Below are positions 26,105 to 37,525 of a DNA stretch of 64,000 nucleotides, piece after piece. The stretch's first letter is position 1. Each line of letters begins with the position of its first letter. The notes beneath the pieces were generated by a model, which was given only the letters and a program-made list of their open reading frames with translations, made no database searches and was not told the origin of the DNA. The translations under genes and the position numbers were made by a program. This DNA is from Mobula hypostoma (taxonomy: Eukaryota), in assembly GCF_963921235.1 (NCBI RefSeq), contig NC_086097.1, forward strand, positions 69,690,001-69,754,000, in the 5' to 3' direction.

Positions 26105-26340
26105 CTTTTTCTCTCTTTTTTCTCCCTCTGTCCCTCACTATATCCTTGCCCATCCTCTGGGCTTCACCCCTCCCCCTTTCTTTCTCCCTAGGCCTCCCAT
26201 CCCATGATCCTCTCATATCCCTTTTGCCAATCACCTGTCCAGCTCTTGGCTCTATCCCTCCCCCTCCTGTCTTCTCCTATCATTTTGGATCTCCCCCTCC
26301 CCCTTCCACTTTCAAATCTCTTACCAGCTCTTCTTTTAGT

Positions 26341-26378
26341 TAGTCCTGACGAAGGGTCTCGGCCCGAAACTTCAGCTG
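26341..26378 (+). ncRNA. Degenerate hammerhead motif (stems I and III mutated)
   Basis: UAGUC-CUGACGA-AGGGUCUCGGCCC-GAAAC-UUC-AGCUG; the GUCGAC segment is changed to UUCAGC. Confidence 0.6.
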
Positions 26379-26469
26379 TACCTCTTCCTAGAGATGCTGC
26401 CCAACCTGCTGCGTTCACCAGTAATTTTGATGTGTGTGGCTTGCAAGATCAAACGCTGTTCACAACAGA

Positions 26470-26890
26470 GGTGTTAGAGTCAATAGAAACTACCAGCTGA
26501 CAACTGAGCACACTTTGAAGTTAGTGAACCAATTGTCCCTTAGTTGTTGGGCTAATAATGATGTGCCACCTCTCCTAGACAACAGAAAGTCTAGTGCTGG
26601 TTGATTTTGAAGGGCCACAGTGCAGATTGCCAGCATTTTTGGCAGTAATGTCATTGATGGCTTGGCTGAAACAATATAGTGCTGAGTTTGTACCATTAGC
26701 CAATTTGTTCAGCGGTGCTTTCATGAAGCAGTCTGGTTGGTCCCGAGAACAGGAACACTGCAATCCAGAAATGCTCAGTCTCCATTCCCTTCAATTGCAG
26801 CCTTACACAATGGGTAGAGAGATCATAGGTAGGTTGTGCATATATAGTACTACAACCTTACTAATGGGTAGCTATCAAACTCTGCTTTAA
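26470..26890 (-). mobile_element. Decayed retroviral env TM segment with an immunosuppressive domain
   Basis: ORF 26490-26696 contains VALQNQPALDFLLSRRGGT, matching LQNRxALDxLLxxxGGxC. Same strand as, and downstream of, the pol remnant. Confidence 0.75.
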
Positions 26891-27039
26891 ATAGACCTGA
26901 TGGTTTGGTCTGTGGCAATGAGTTCCACAGATTCATTTCCCTCTGGTTAAATAAATTCTTTCCTCCTCATTAGGGACATTGAAGAGACTCTTAGATAGTC
27001 AGTCAGTCGGTGGGTGCTGTCCTGAATCCGGGGTAGGTG

Positions 27040-29420
27040 GCTCTGCACCTCCATCTTCTTCGATCTTGCGCTCTTTTTCTGGCCTCAGCATAACTCAACC
27101 CAGTCCATTGCCTCACGTTATCGTACCAAGTGGTTCGCTGCCTTCCTCTTTCCCTCTTTCCTTCTATCATCCCTTCCAATTACAACTTCTGCAGTCCACC
27201 ACCTCTTAACAAGTGCCCAGCATATTCCAGCTTCCTTTTCTGCACATTCTTCAGCAATTCCTTTTCTGTCCTCGCTCTCTTCAACACTTCCATATTACTG
27301 ACCTTCATCACCCATCTAATTTTCTGCATTCTCCTTAAACATCACATTTCAAATGCCTCCAGTCGTCGTTGCGCTTTCTTGCATAAGGTCCATGATTCGA
27401 CTCCATACAACAGACTGCTCCAGATGTAGCATTTCCAAATTCTACAACACAGCTCGAAGTCCAACCTCTTGCCACACAGCACGTCATTCAGGCTCCAGAA
27501 CGTTGATCTTGCAATCTCAATTCTTTGTCTAATTTCTATATCACATTTCCCATCCTCTATGATCATCTGTCCCAAGTACACAAACTTCTTGACTTGCTCT
27601 ATGCCTACGCTGTTAATTTTGATACTGATTTTGGGGACTTCTTTCTTCGTGATACTACCATCATCTTCGTCTTTGCAGCATTTATTTTCATTCCAAATCG
27701 TTCTCCTTCAGCATTTATCTTATGTACTATTCTGAGTAACTCGTCCTCAGTCTTGGCAACAACACTGAATCATTTGCATATCTCAAATTGTTCACCCTCA
27801 CTCCACCAATTTGGACACCAGCTTCACCGTTCAACACCTTGAAGATTACCTCTGAGTAAATGTTAAATAATAAAGGGGAGATGATGCAGCCCTGGCTGTG
27901 AGGGGATCCAGGAGTGCCCCTATTAATTGTTTGAAGAGAGACAGAGAGAGACATTCATCATTGATGGTTTGTTTGGAAAGAGAGAGAGAGAGAAACGAAG
28001 ATTGACAGTTGGACTGTCACTTTAAGGCATTGGAAGTAACTTTGGATTTTTACTGAGTTTGGAGTTGGAGGCAGCACAGAGCAGCTCGAAAGTAACTATG
28101 GTGACCAAAGGCAGATTGTTGATATTTTTTCAAGGACTTGTTGCTTGCTTGTGCACTCCTTTACAGATAAAGGAAGGAGGGACTCTTTGAATGACAGGTG
28201 ATGCTCAGCACAGAGAAATAAATGGGAGGTCAGATGATACAGACCTCAGACATATGATCTGGACACTGAATGAGCATTGTTGTGCCCACAGAGAAAGTGG
28301 GTTTTGGAGGATCGATCAGGCGGATGGATCTAAAGTGCTATTCCAGCGGTGAAGAAGGGGTTGACTGGTGGGGAGTTGTCTATGTGTCCACCCTCGCCTG
28401 GGTGATAGCTCCACCACAGGAAAACCGGTCCCCCCGGTTAAAGTCACAGTTGGTGACTTGTAAAGGATTTCAGAGGACGACGAAAAGATCGACGGCATCA
28501 GCTCACCTGAAGACTCGACTCGACTCCGCTCTCTCGCTCTCTCTCTCTCAACTAAATACCACGAACTGAACTTTACTCAACATCGTAAGACTGTATCTTT
28601 TTACCCCTAGACTTAAAGAAGCTTGGTTTTTTCATACATATATATTCCACGCTTACTTTTATATATAATCATTGCTAACCTGTGTGACTTATTTACTTTG
28701 ATATTACTGTATTGCGTAGTTACTAATAAATATTAATAGTTTATAGCAATATGAGACTCCAAAGTGTTTTCCATTTCTGCTGGTTTCTTTATCCCCGTCA
28801 CGGGGTACGTGACACTGGCGAACCCCTTTTTGGATCTCAACTTCCGGTGAATTCTCACCACTAGTTCTTATTACTGCCTTCTGATGCCAGTACAGACTCG
28901 CAATCAGTCAAACACCTTTCCCATCCAGCCCCAGTGAGTTCAGGCAATTGACCAGCTGTTCATGATTGACTCGGTCAAAAGCTTTTTCGTAATCCAGGAA
29001 GCACATGCAAATTGTCTTTTTTTTTCTAGACCTTGTTCCACAATCATTTACAAATTGAAAATCCCTTCACGGGTACCTTTACCCGGTATAAATCCGCTCT
29101 GGCACTCACTAATTTCATTAAGAACTATCTTTTTTATTTTGCTTAGAAGTATTAATAACAAGATCTTGGAGGCATGACTTATAAGACCTACAGTTCTAAA
29201 GTCTGAGCATTTCGTGCTCTTAGTTTTCTTTGGGATCATGACAAACTCTGACACCAAAAAATCTGTTGGCCACTTTCCTGTTGAGTTGATTGTATTGCAA
29301 AGCCTTGTGATCTCCTCAACCTCAGTCGCCAAGACATTTCAACATTTCGGCTGTAATACTATCTACACCACAAGCTTTACCAGTTTTTAACTTTCCAATG
29401 GCTTTCCAATTACTTTCCTC
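27040..29420 (-). mobile_element. RTE-clade LINE, 5'-truncated and degenerate, split by the solo LTR
   Basis: Fragments WPTDF...IPKK...CSDFRTVGLISHASKILL, QSGFIPGKGTREGIFNL, QGCIISPLLFNIYSE, NNLRYAND, LLYGVESWTL...RRLEAFEM. Confidence 0.9.
27897..28814 (+). mobile_element. Solo LTR (918 bp) inserted in an RTE LINE
   Basis: TGTGA...TGACA termini, 5-bp TSD CTGGC (27892-27896, 28815-28819), AATAAA near 28725. It interrupts the host GVRQGC RT motif. Confidence 0.88.
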
Positions 29421-29559
29421 TTAGATCGGCACACAGATGAAAGAAACATGGGAGAGGAGGGTTAGCTTGATCCTGCAGTAGATTAAAGGGTAAGGACAAC
29501 ATTGTGGGCCAAAGAGCCTGTATCGTGCTGTACAGTTCTATAACAACAACCCCTCCATA

Positions 29560-30100
29560 ACTTTGGTTCAAGCCAAAGACCCTATTTTAGAAGGTGTACC
29601 TCTGGCAGCCAGTGATCGGCCTGACTGCCATACACCCAGTAAGTACCACTAATGGGATTTGGAGGGGCATCAGTTGTATACGCATTGGATATACTGTTGC
29701 CTAAGTCTAATACGGTAACTTGTTGGTTACAATAACATGAAGCAGCTTCAGAGGGAGGGGTTGTGCAATCTGTTGTTGGTAGGTTGATACCATCTCAGAA
29801 AACAATTGTATTGACAAGTCATTCCTATGGCTGTGCAGTCCTGTGCTCCCTTTACAGTTCTACTTTTGTTATCAAAGTAAAACATAGAATCAAACTCGGT
29901 ACACTCCAGGGGAATAAATGCATTGGCAAGTCACTTTCTGAATGTATGGCCCCCTAGACACCGGCTAGTCCACAACGCATATTTAAAACCAAGATAAAGT
30001 ATTAGGAGTGCAAGTGTCATAAGGTAGTTCTGTTCTTGGCCAGAAAACAGATGCACAGACTATCCAATATGTATAATACATGATAATCACTTAAGGTCAC
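29560..30100 (-). mobile_element. Probable env SU remnant of the same ERV
   Basis: Minus-strand PNPISGTYWVYGSQADHWLPE resembles the SU motif GxYWxCGxxAYxWLP; it lies between integrase and TM. Confidence 0.5.
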
Positions 30101-30169
30101 AAGTATCAACGATTAAATTCAGTTAATTAGTCCTTATTAAGGTTCTTCTGGACATCTGTTCCCTGGTCC

Positions 30170-31600
30170 AGTGGCACTGCTGGCTTAATGTGCAAAGCAT
30201 GTACCACATCGGATTTCCTTTGACCTTTAAAATGGTATTTGTGTCCAATAACACTTGGAATGGACCCTGCCAGCAGGGCTGCAGGCAGATCTATCGTCGG
30301 TAGGATCTCACCGATCTCTCAGTTGGTAGGTGTCGCACTCTGTAGCCAACATAATTTTCTGATCTTCAAGTATCTGTTGATGGAAATCTTTACGGGCTTG
30401 CTCTAGTACTATACAGTAATGCAACATGTTTTTATTAATGATATGGATGCCCATCTGTTTAACTAAAAACAGAAGAGTGACTGGCAAACGCATGGGACTT
30501 CCCAAAACTCTCATGTGGAGATAGGCCTGTTATGCAGTTTGGAACGTGGCACATCGTCATGAGGGCCGTTGGAATCACCTCTGGCCATTTTAGCTAACCT
30601 TGTCGTGCAATATAGCTAACCTGTATTTTAGGGCCCTGTTCTGTCTTTCAGCTGCTCCATGAGATTGAGTGTGTCGAGGACAGGTGAAATGATGTTTACA
30701 CTACAAGGCTTCTGTCAACTACTATATAACTTCACCAGTACAGTGAGGACTGGTATCACCTGAGATTTTTTCAGGGATCCCAGATCTCAGAATAAATTAT
30801 CAAAATTAAAAATTAGCAACAGTTATAGCATTTTTTCACTGGGTTGTATAAGCTGTTACCCATGGAGATAACTAACAAAATAACAAATGCATAATCACAA
30901 CCTATACATTTAGTTAACTGCATAAAGTCCATTTGGAGATGCACAAATAACCCCCTAGGGGAGGGCCCAGTAGCAGCAGATACTGGCAGTGTTTTAAGGG
31001 GTTATGCCTCTGGCAAATCATGCTGTTACTTGATATGGTTGAAAATCTCTCAATTTCAATAATACCCATCATCCTTTATAGTCTTGCACATAGTGTTCTT
31101 TGTCCATAAAGTCCTTTTAGCCTTTGACACATCACACTGTAATTGCATTAGTTGATCGAAGTATTTGGAAAATATTGGCAGTCTGGTCGCACTGAAATGC
31201 TAGGTGCCCACGGAGATCTACTGTTGCTGCCCTAGCAACAGATCCAGTTCGTTTTTTCCCCTCCTAATTATTACATCTTTCCTGTTAGTATGAGCCATGT
31301 AGTTTATAACAACAATTGTCAGTAATTGAAAAGCAGGAAAAGATTCATAGTTAATTCACTGTTTTTTATTAGTGTTCCAAAGAGGTAAAAAAAACCCATA
31401 TAGTTTCTATATTTGTCAATTGTCATGTGCTACTCTAAGGCATAATAAGATTCAGTGAAAATGTTTACAGCATTGGAATCTTTCCAGTTCAGTTAGCACA
31501 CAAATTGGTTCACTGATTATGCCACAGCCTCTGTACTGCACTCTGTTCTGTCCCACCTGGAAAATGGTGCCTCATGTGCCAGCAGGCTGTTGGTTGATTT
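30170..31600 (-). mobile_element. Decayed endogenous retrovirus pol (RNase H and integrase), class I (gamma/epsilon)-like
   Basis: Manual minus-strand translation: AVNIFTESYYAL (RNase H VNIYTDS), DFMQLTKCIGCDYAFVIL, GIPEKISGDTSPHCTGEVI, HTQSHGAAERQNRALK (integrase core), LQPCWQGPFQVLL (GPY/F module). Many stops and frameshifts. Confidence 0.78.
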
Positions 31601-31619
31601 CATCTTGGTGTTCAGTACG

Positions 31620-32872
31620 ATCATATCTCTGAAGATGGTGAGTAAATTGTCCTTGTTGAGTCCCAACACCTCTCTCCATAACTGATTTCTGGACTTAGAA
31701 CAAGCTGGAGGAACTCAGCAGGTCGGGCAGCATCCGTGGAAAAGATCGGTCGATGTTTCCACGGATGCTGCCCGACCTGCTGAGTTCCTCCACCTTGTTG
31801 TGAGTGTTGCTTTGACCCCAGCATCTGCAGATTATTTTGTGTTTATGATTCCTGGACTTCCTGACAGAAAAGTCACAGAAGATATTTAGCTCTATCAGGC
31901 TGAGCACCGGTGCTGATCCCCAGTGCTATGTGCTTAGTAGCCCACTACTGTTCACGCTGCTGACTCATGACTGCACTGCTAGACCTAGGTCATACTGAAT
32001 CATCAAGTTTGCTGATGATACAACAGTGTTGGCCTCATCAACAACAACAACGAAATGCCATACAGAGAGAACGTAGAGTGGCTGGTAGAATATTGTGGGC
32101 ACGACAACTTGACGTGGACAAATCACGGGACGATTGTGGACTTTAGGGAAGTGTAGACTGACTACTACTCACTGAACGTACACAGTTCCTCTGCAGAGAG
32201 AGTTAGGAGCACCAAGTTTCTGGGAGTGCACGTAACGAATGATCTCACCTGATCCATCAACACCACCTCTTTGGTCAAAAAAGCACAGTAAGATCTCCAC
32301 TTTCTCAGGAGGTGAAGGCTGAGTGGGGCTTCTCCCCCACCCCTACCCCCATTTTAACCTAATTTTTACAGGAGCACCATTGAGAGTGTCCTGATCAGCT
32401 GCATTACCATCTGGTACAGGAATTGCAAGGCAACTAACCATAAGTCCCTATAAAGAATCGCGAGGACTGCTGAGAGGATCATCGGGGTCTCCCTTCCACC
32501 CACTAGAGATATTTATCAGGAGTGCTGCGTACACAGGCCCTTGGCATTGTCAATGATCCCCCTCACCCATCCAATAATCTCTTTGACTCTGTTAGGATGG
32601 AAAACAGCTTCTTTCCCTGGGTCTTAAGACTACTGAACTCTCTGCCACCACTGAGGTCTCATCATGTATGAAGTGCCAGTAATGTTATACTGTTTATATT
32701 TTAAACTTGTATCATATATGCATCTTATTATTTTTTAATTTATTTGTGGTAATATTACTCTGTTTTATATGTCTGAGTTATATGTAATGTGCTGTGCATC
32801 TTGGTCCAGAAGAATGTTGTCTTGTTTGGCAGTATACATGTGTGTGGTTGAATGGCAATAAACTTGAACTTG
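31620..32872 (+). mobile_element. Rex1/Babar-like LINE fragment, host of the hairpin element
   Basis: Degenerate GAxQCYVLSPLLFTLLTHDC and IIKFADDTTV; tail GGCAATAAACTTGAACTTGA. Confidence 0.8.
31697..31845. mobile_element. Miniature hairpin element built from two inverted Penelope-type pLTR tails, inserted in a Rex1-like LINE
   Basis: 44-bp near-perfect arms at 31699-31742 and 31756-31799 with a 13-nt loop. Flanked by TGAT(T/T)(T/C)CTGGACTT-type 14-bp direct repeats with one mismatch (31683-31696, 31846-31859). Confidence 0.8.
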
Positions 32873-33155
32873 ATTTTGTTCAGGTAAAAAGGTTCAGCTG
32901 CTTTAGCAGAGCAGGAGGGAAGGTAGCTGTGCCACTTCAGCTGTTAGATGATGTGCACACACCTCATATTCACTAAAATTTTTCCTAGTACCAGACTTGG
33001 AGGAATAGCCATCTGAGGAAAAATTACATTCAGGCTTACATTAGGCGGCATTTTGCAACTGGTGGAATTAAAAGTGCTGTTGGGGAATGGATTCTTTAAA
33101 CTCAATTTTGTAATATATGGTGCTGATGGCAGTGAATGCAGAAACTGTTATCAAA

Positions 33156-33639
33156 CAAGTGGGATCTCCCCGTGCCCACCCATTTTAATTCCACTTCTCA
33201 TTCCCATTCCGATATGTCCATCGATGGCCTCCTCCTCTGTCATGATGAGGCTATACTTAGGTTTGACAACACTTTGTATTCCATTTGCGTAGCCTCCAAC
33301 CTGATGGCATGAACATAGCTTTCTCATTTTTATGGCCCCCACCCCCCACTTCTCCATTTCCCATCCCCTTTTCCCTCTCTCACCTCATCTCACCACTCTA
33401 CTTCCCAGATCTTTACTTCATGCTTCTCCTCTAGGTTTCGCTATCACCTGGTGGTTCTCTCTTCTTCCCCCCACCTTTTAAATCTACTCCTCAGCTTTTT
33501 TTGTCCAGTCCTGCCAAAGGATGTCAGCCTGAAATGTTGACTGTACTTTTTTCCATAGATGCTGCCCGGCCTGCTGAGTTCCTCCAGCATTTTGTGTGTT
33601 GCTTGGATTTCCAGCATCTACTGATTTTATCTTGTTTGT
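33156..33639 (+). mobile_element. Older single Penelope-like 3' fragment
   Basis: Similar to the GIY-YIG C-terminus and pLTR of 46050-46625. 13-bp direct repeat AACTGTTATCAAA at 33143-33155 and 33640-33652. Confidence 0.82.
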
Positions 33640-34689
33640 AACTGTTATCAAAGATGCCTTGGTCTGAGGACATCTTCAAGCCTAGAGTGTGTGCGAACAA
33701 AAATATACTCTTTGCGGACAACCCCATGTTTTATCCCTACCATGTCCACCATACCATTTCCAATTTTGTTGAAGTGAGGCAAAAAGCCATAAAATCATGC
33801 ATTTAGAATAGCAGTATCAAAAATATGTCTTCGCTGTTCAAATTAAAAATATTATCAGTCACAAGTGGGTGGAATGAGCCACATGTATATACAGCAGGTA
33901 ATGTTATACCAAAAGCTATAGTGTAGGAACCGGAAAATCTCACGTAAGTATTGTCTTTAACAACTTTAATTCTTTGATGTAAATGTTTTTGGCCGTACTG
34001 TAAAATGCTTGCAATTTTGCATAACTCTTCTCATCTCACACATATAAATGTATGTTTTCCTTTAACTTAGGTTGCACCTTATTTATGCTAATATTTATTA
34101 AAATTGATGTCCCTGCTTTTAGAGTTAATCTGGAATACTTTGAGAACATTTACGCACGTGTTCTACTTGTAGATTGACATCATTACCTTCTGTCTGACAC
34201 TTTTATATGCCAATTGACAGTGCAAGGGAAACCTTTTCGTAGAGCTCCTACTTGATCAGTTTAGTTCAAGGTACATTTAAATCAATATTACTTATCCTAT
34301 CTGCCTTACATCTCCTGTAATGCTATTGGGAACTGTTGCCTGTGACAGGGCACCGGCTAATGCTGGCCTCAAGTACTCAAGAGTCACCACTTGGCCTAAG
34401 CTTTGTTGAAACTCTGCCTGAGCTAGGTGGGGTACAGCATCTTGGGCACTAATGAGATGCTGCACTACACCAACAGTGGAATTCCATTCCATCACAATTT
34501 TTAAACAGTATGGCCTCTCTCTGCAAACTTTCAAAATCAGGGAATTCACTCAGGTTCATTCCGCTTTTGCTATTTAAAGTAACTACACAGTTACTCAAGT
34601 TCCCGCTTACTATAGGGGCTGTGAGGCTAGGGGCTCTATTATACAGCTCACTGGAGTAATCATCCCCGTGTTGTTTTTAAGTTCTATCA

Positions 34690-35510
34690 TTTAGCCCCAC
34701 TGAACAATCCCCCTAGTACTGCTGTTGCATCCTCAATATCAAAAAGGAAGCATCCTCGCCTTGCTTACCTGTGTTGTTATGCCTGTAGCATAAATATCCT
34801 GGAGTATTGATCTTGCGTTTCTATCATTGCTATAGCAGTCCAAGTTGTGAGTTCATCCACCTTGCCTGTTAAAACTCATGCATTGCAGTACAGTTTAACT
34901 GAGTATTCCTTTCACTGCCTTTACTGTGCCCGTAGCAAACCCAAGTACTATATTTGCTCTTGCTGGCTGCTGCTTTATCCCATGAATTCCTCCAGTTCAG
35001 TGTCTCTCATCCCCCTCCCGTTCCACACTGCTAATGCAGTTAAAGCTTACCACTCTCCCATGTAACATCAGCAAGTTTCCTTGCAAGGGTATTGGTCTGT
35101 TTCTGGTTCAAGTGCAACCCTTCCCTATTGTGCAGGTTACCTCTACCCCAGAAAAGATCCCTGTCCCCTGCGTTAGTCCCTGAGCCACACATTCATTTGA
35201 CTTATCCCTCTATTTCTGACCTCACTGGCACGTGGCACTGGGAGTAATCAGGAGATTGCTATCCTTGAGGTCCTGCTTTCTGTCTAATTCCCTGTACTCA
35301 TTCTGCAAGACCTCATCCTTTTTTTAACCATGTCATTTTTATCAACATGTACAACAACCTCTAGCTGTCCACGCTCACCCCAGAGGTTTTTTTTTACAGC
35401 TACTCAGAGACATCCTTGACCCTGGCACCCAGGAGTCAATACACCATCCAGGTGTCTCTTCTGCGGCCACAGAATCCTCTGTTCTCATAACTGTCAAATT
35501 TCCTATCACT
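34690..35510 (-). mobile_element. Degenerate CR1 5' region (ORF1 into endonuclease)
   Basis: Recognised by eye as similar to the chondrichthyan CR1 5' region; no intact ORF. Confidence 0.45.
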
Positions 35511-35916
35511 GTTCACAAGGTTTTATGAACAATTGATTATGTTCCTCCATCATGAGATGGCAACCTGTTTGGAATAAATTATGTGAGTAAACTAGGTTCC
35601 AGTGAATCACAGTAGTAATCACTGAAATAAGTTATTTTTTTAATCTTCAAACATTATTTTATCGGTTTCTGGCTGGAAAATGACTTTGCTTATGAAGCAA
35701 AGATAGATTTCTGATAAATTTGCTCAGTGTTGTGATGGAATTGGGATCTTATGACTCAACTACATTTCCAGATTTTCAAGGAAATTGAAGTTGACTTGAA
35801 ATTGAGTTTAGCAACCAGGTTTGACCTTTGTTAATGTTATTCAGTCTGGATTGACTCTGATCACATGAACCTCCATTGAGGCTTGGAGTCAGATAACAAA
35901 GGTAGGTAGAAGAGTA

Positions 35917-37525
35917 CAGGTTTCCACTGTCATCCGAAGGTAGAGTGTTCCTATGAAACGGTTTGTAAGCCGGAATGTCGTAAAGCGAAGAAGCAATTAT
36001 TTATTTATTTATATGGGAAAAATTTGTGAGCGTTCGCAGACCCAAAAATAACCTACCAAATCATGCCAAATAACACATAAGACCTAAAATAACAGTAACA
36101 TATAGTAAAAGCAGGAATGATATGATAAATACACAGCCTATATAAAGTAGAAATACTTTTCCACAATCATTGCCTGCACTGTTCTCCGTAGCGAAAATCT
36201 CATGTAAGCGCTCTCGGCAAAAACACTCTCTCCAGTAACCTTTAAGCTATGAAGCTGCCAAATCATAGCAAATAACATGTAAAAATACACATCCGATATA
36301 AAGCAGAAATAATGTATGTACAGTGTATCACTTACCGGAATTGGGACAGCACCGAGCACACTGATGATGGTGTGTTAGGCTGAGTCGTCGGAGGTTGGGG
36401 TGGTGCAGTGGCCCCCACCCTCCGGGCAGTGACCCGATACCGATCCGCGAAGCATGTAGGGGTACAGTGGTGGCCAGGAGGCACACAGCACATCTTTAAG
36501 AAGAAAGCTGAAATAAACAAGCTAATTAATTAGGTACCGTCCGGCACGTAAATGTTGGCCTAGATCAGAGGCGATTGCCAATTGCATCGCCTCTGATCTG
36601 GGCCGACAATTACGTGCCGGGTGGCACCTAATTAATTAGCATGTTTATTTCGGCTTTTTTCTTAAAGATGTGCTGGCCTTCCGGCTACCGCTGCATTCTC
36701 TGCGAATCGGAATCTGTCCACGGCCCGGGGGGTGGGGTGGTGGGACACTGGGGTGTCATCTCATCATCGTCTGTTTCCATTAGGGCAGGCAGCTCATCTT
36801 CTCCTGTGACTGCCCGCCACGATGTCGAAGGTCGAGGTTCGTCGTTTGCTGTGGCTGATGTGGAAGGCTTACTTGACTACTGAACCTTGTGCATTTTTCT
36901 ATCATACGGTTCTTTGAAGCACTCAAACCATCTTGCAAGTATGCCCTAAAGAACGTACCGTTTCAAAATTAAAGTCGTACTTCATCATTGCAGCGAAAAT
37001 CTCACGTAGTTGCTTCAGGTTCAGTTCCTGGACAACTTCACTTTCGGTCCGTTCGCTACTGCATTCGGTTTCGATTGTTATCCTTTCCTCTTCCAATTGC
37101 ATCAGCTCTTCATCTATCAGTTCTTGGTCAAGGGATGCCAAAACCTCTTCAACATCATCTTCGTCAACTTCCACAAGCCAAACTCACTTTGTCCTTACTT
37201 CGTTCTCCATGATCAAAATGCTTAATTATGTCTAGTTTTACGTTAAGTGTAACACCCTTACGAGCTCTTTTAGGTTTTTCTGATACCTTAGAACTCATCT
37301 TGCTAATGGATGCTCACAGGCACATGTTTAAGCAATGCCGGCGAGAATGCCGTTCCGAATACGGGGGGAGAGCGGCTGCTCGGGGCATGCGCTGATTTTT
37401 TTCACGTGCTGCCTTTTTTCGTAACAGTGAAAACACCTTCTGTTAGCGAAAACAGGTAACTAATGTAGGTCTTTTGTAACACTGAGGTTTTGTAAAGCGA
37501 ACGTTCAAAAAGTGGGGGACACCTG
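35917..37525 (-). mobile_element. Tigger/pogo-family DNA transposon, internally deleted
   Basis: TA|CAGGTTTCCAC...GTGGGGGACACCTG|TA imperfect TIRs with a TA TSD. ORF 36923-37174 (EVDEDDVEEVLASLDQELIDEELMQLEEE) resembles the acidic Tigger transposase C-terminus. Confidence 0.82.

Larger units (their letters stand above)
25088..26438. mobile_element. Second Penelope-like inverted insertion of the same family, shorter, with internal deletions and a duplication
   Basis: Same pLTR and GIY-YIG C-terminal sequence on minus (about 25088-25590) then plus (about 25600-26438). 16-bp direct repeat GCTTGCAAGATCAAAC at 25072-25087 and 26439-26454. Confidence 0.88.

Noticed and set aside
32875..34690. Continuation of the ERV (RT/connection domain and gag) on the minus strand
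   Set aside because: Position is suggestive, but I found only weak motif resemblance; it needs a frameshift-aware protein search.
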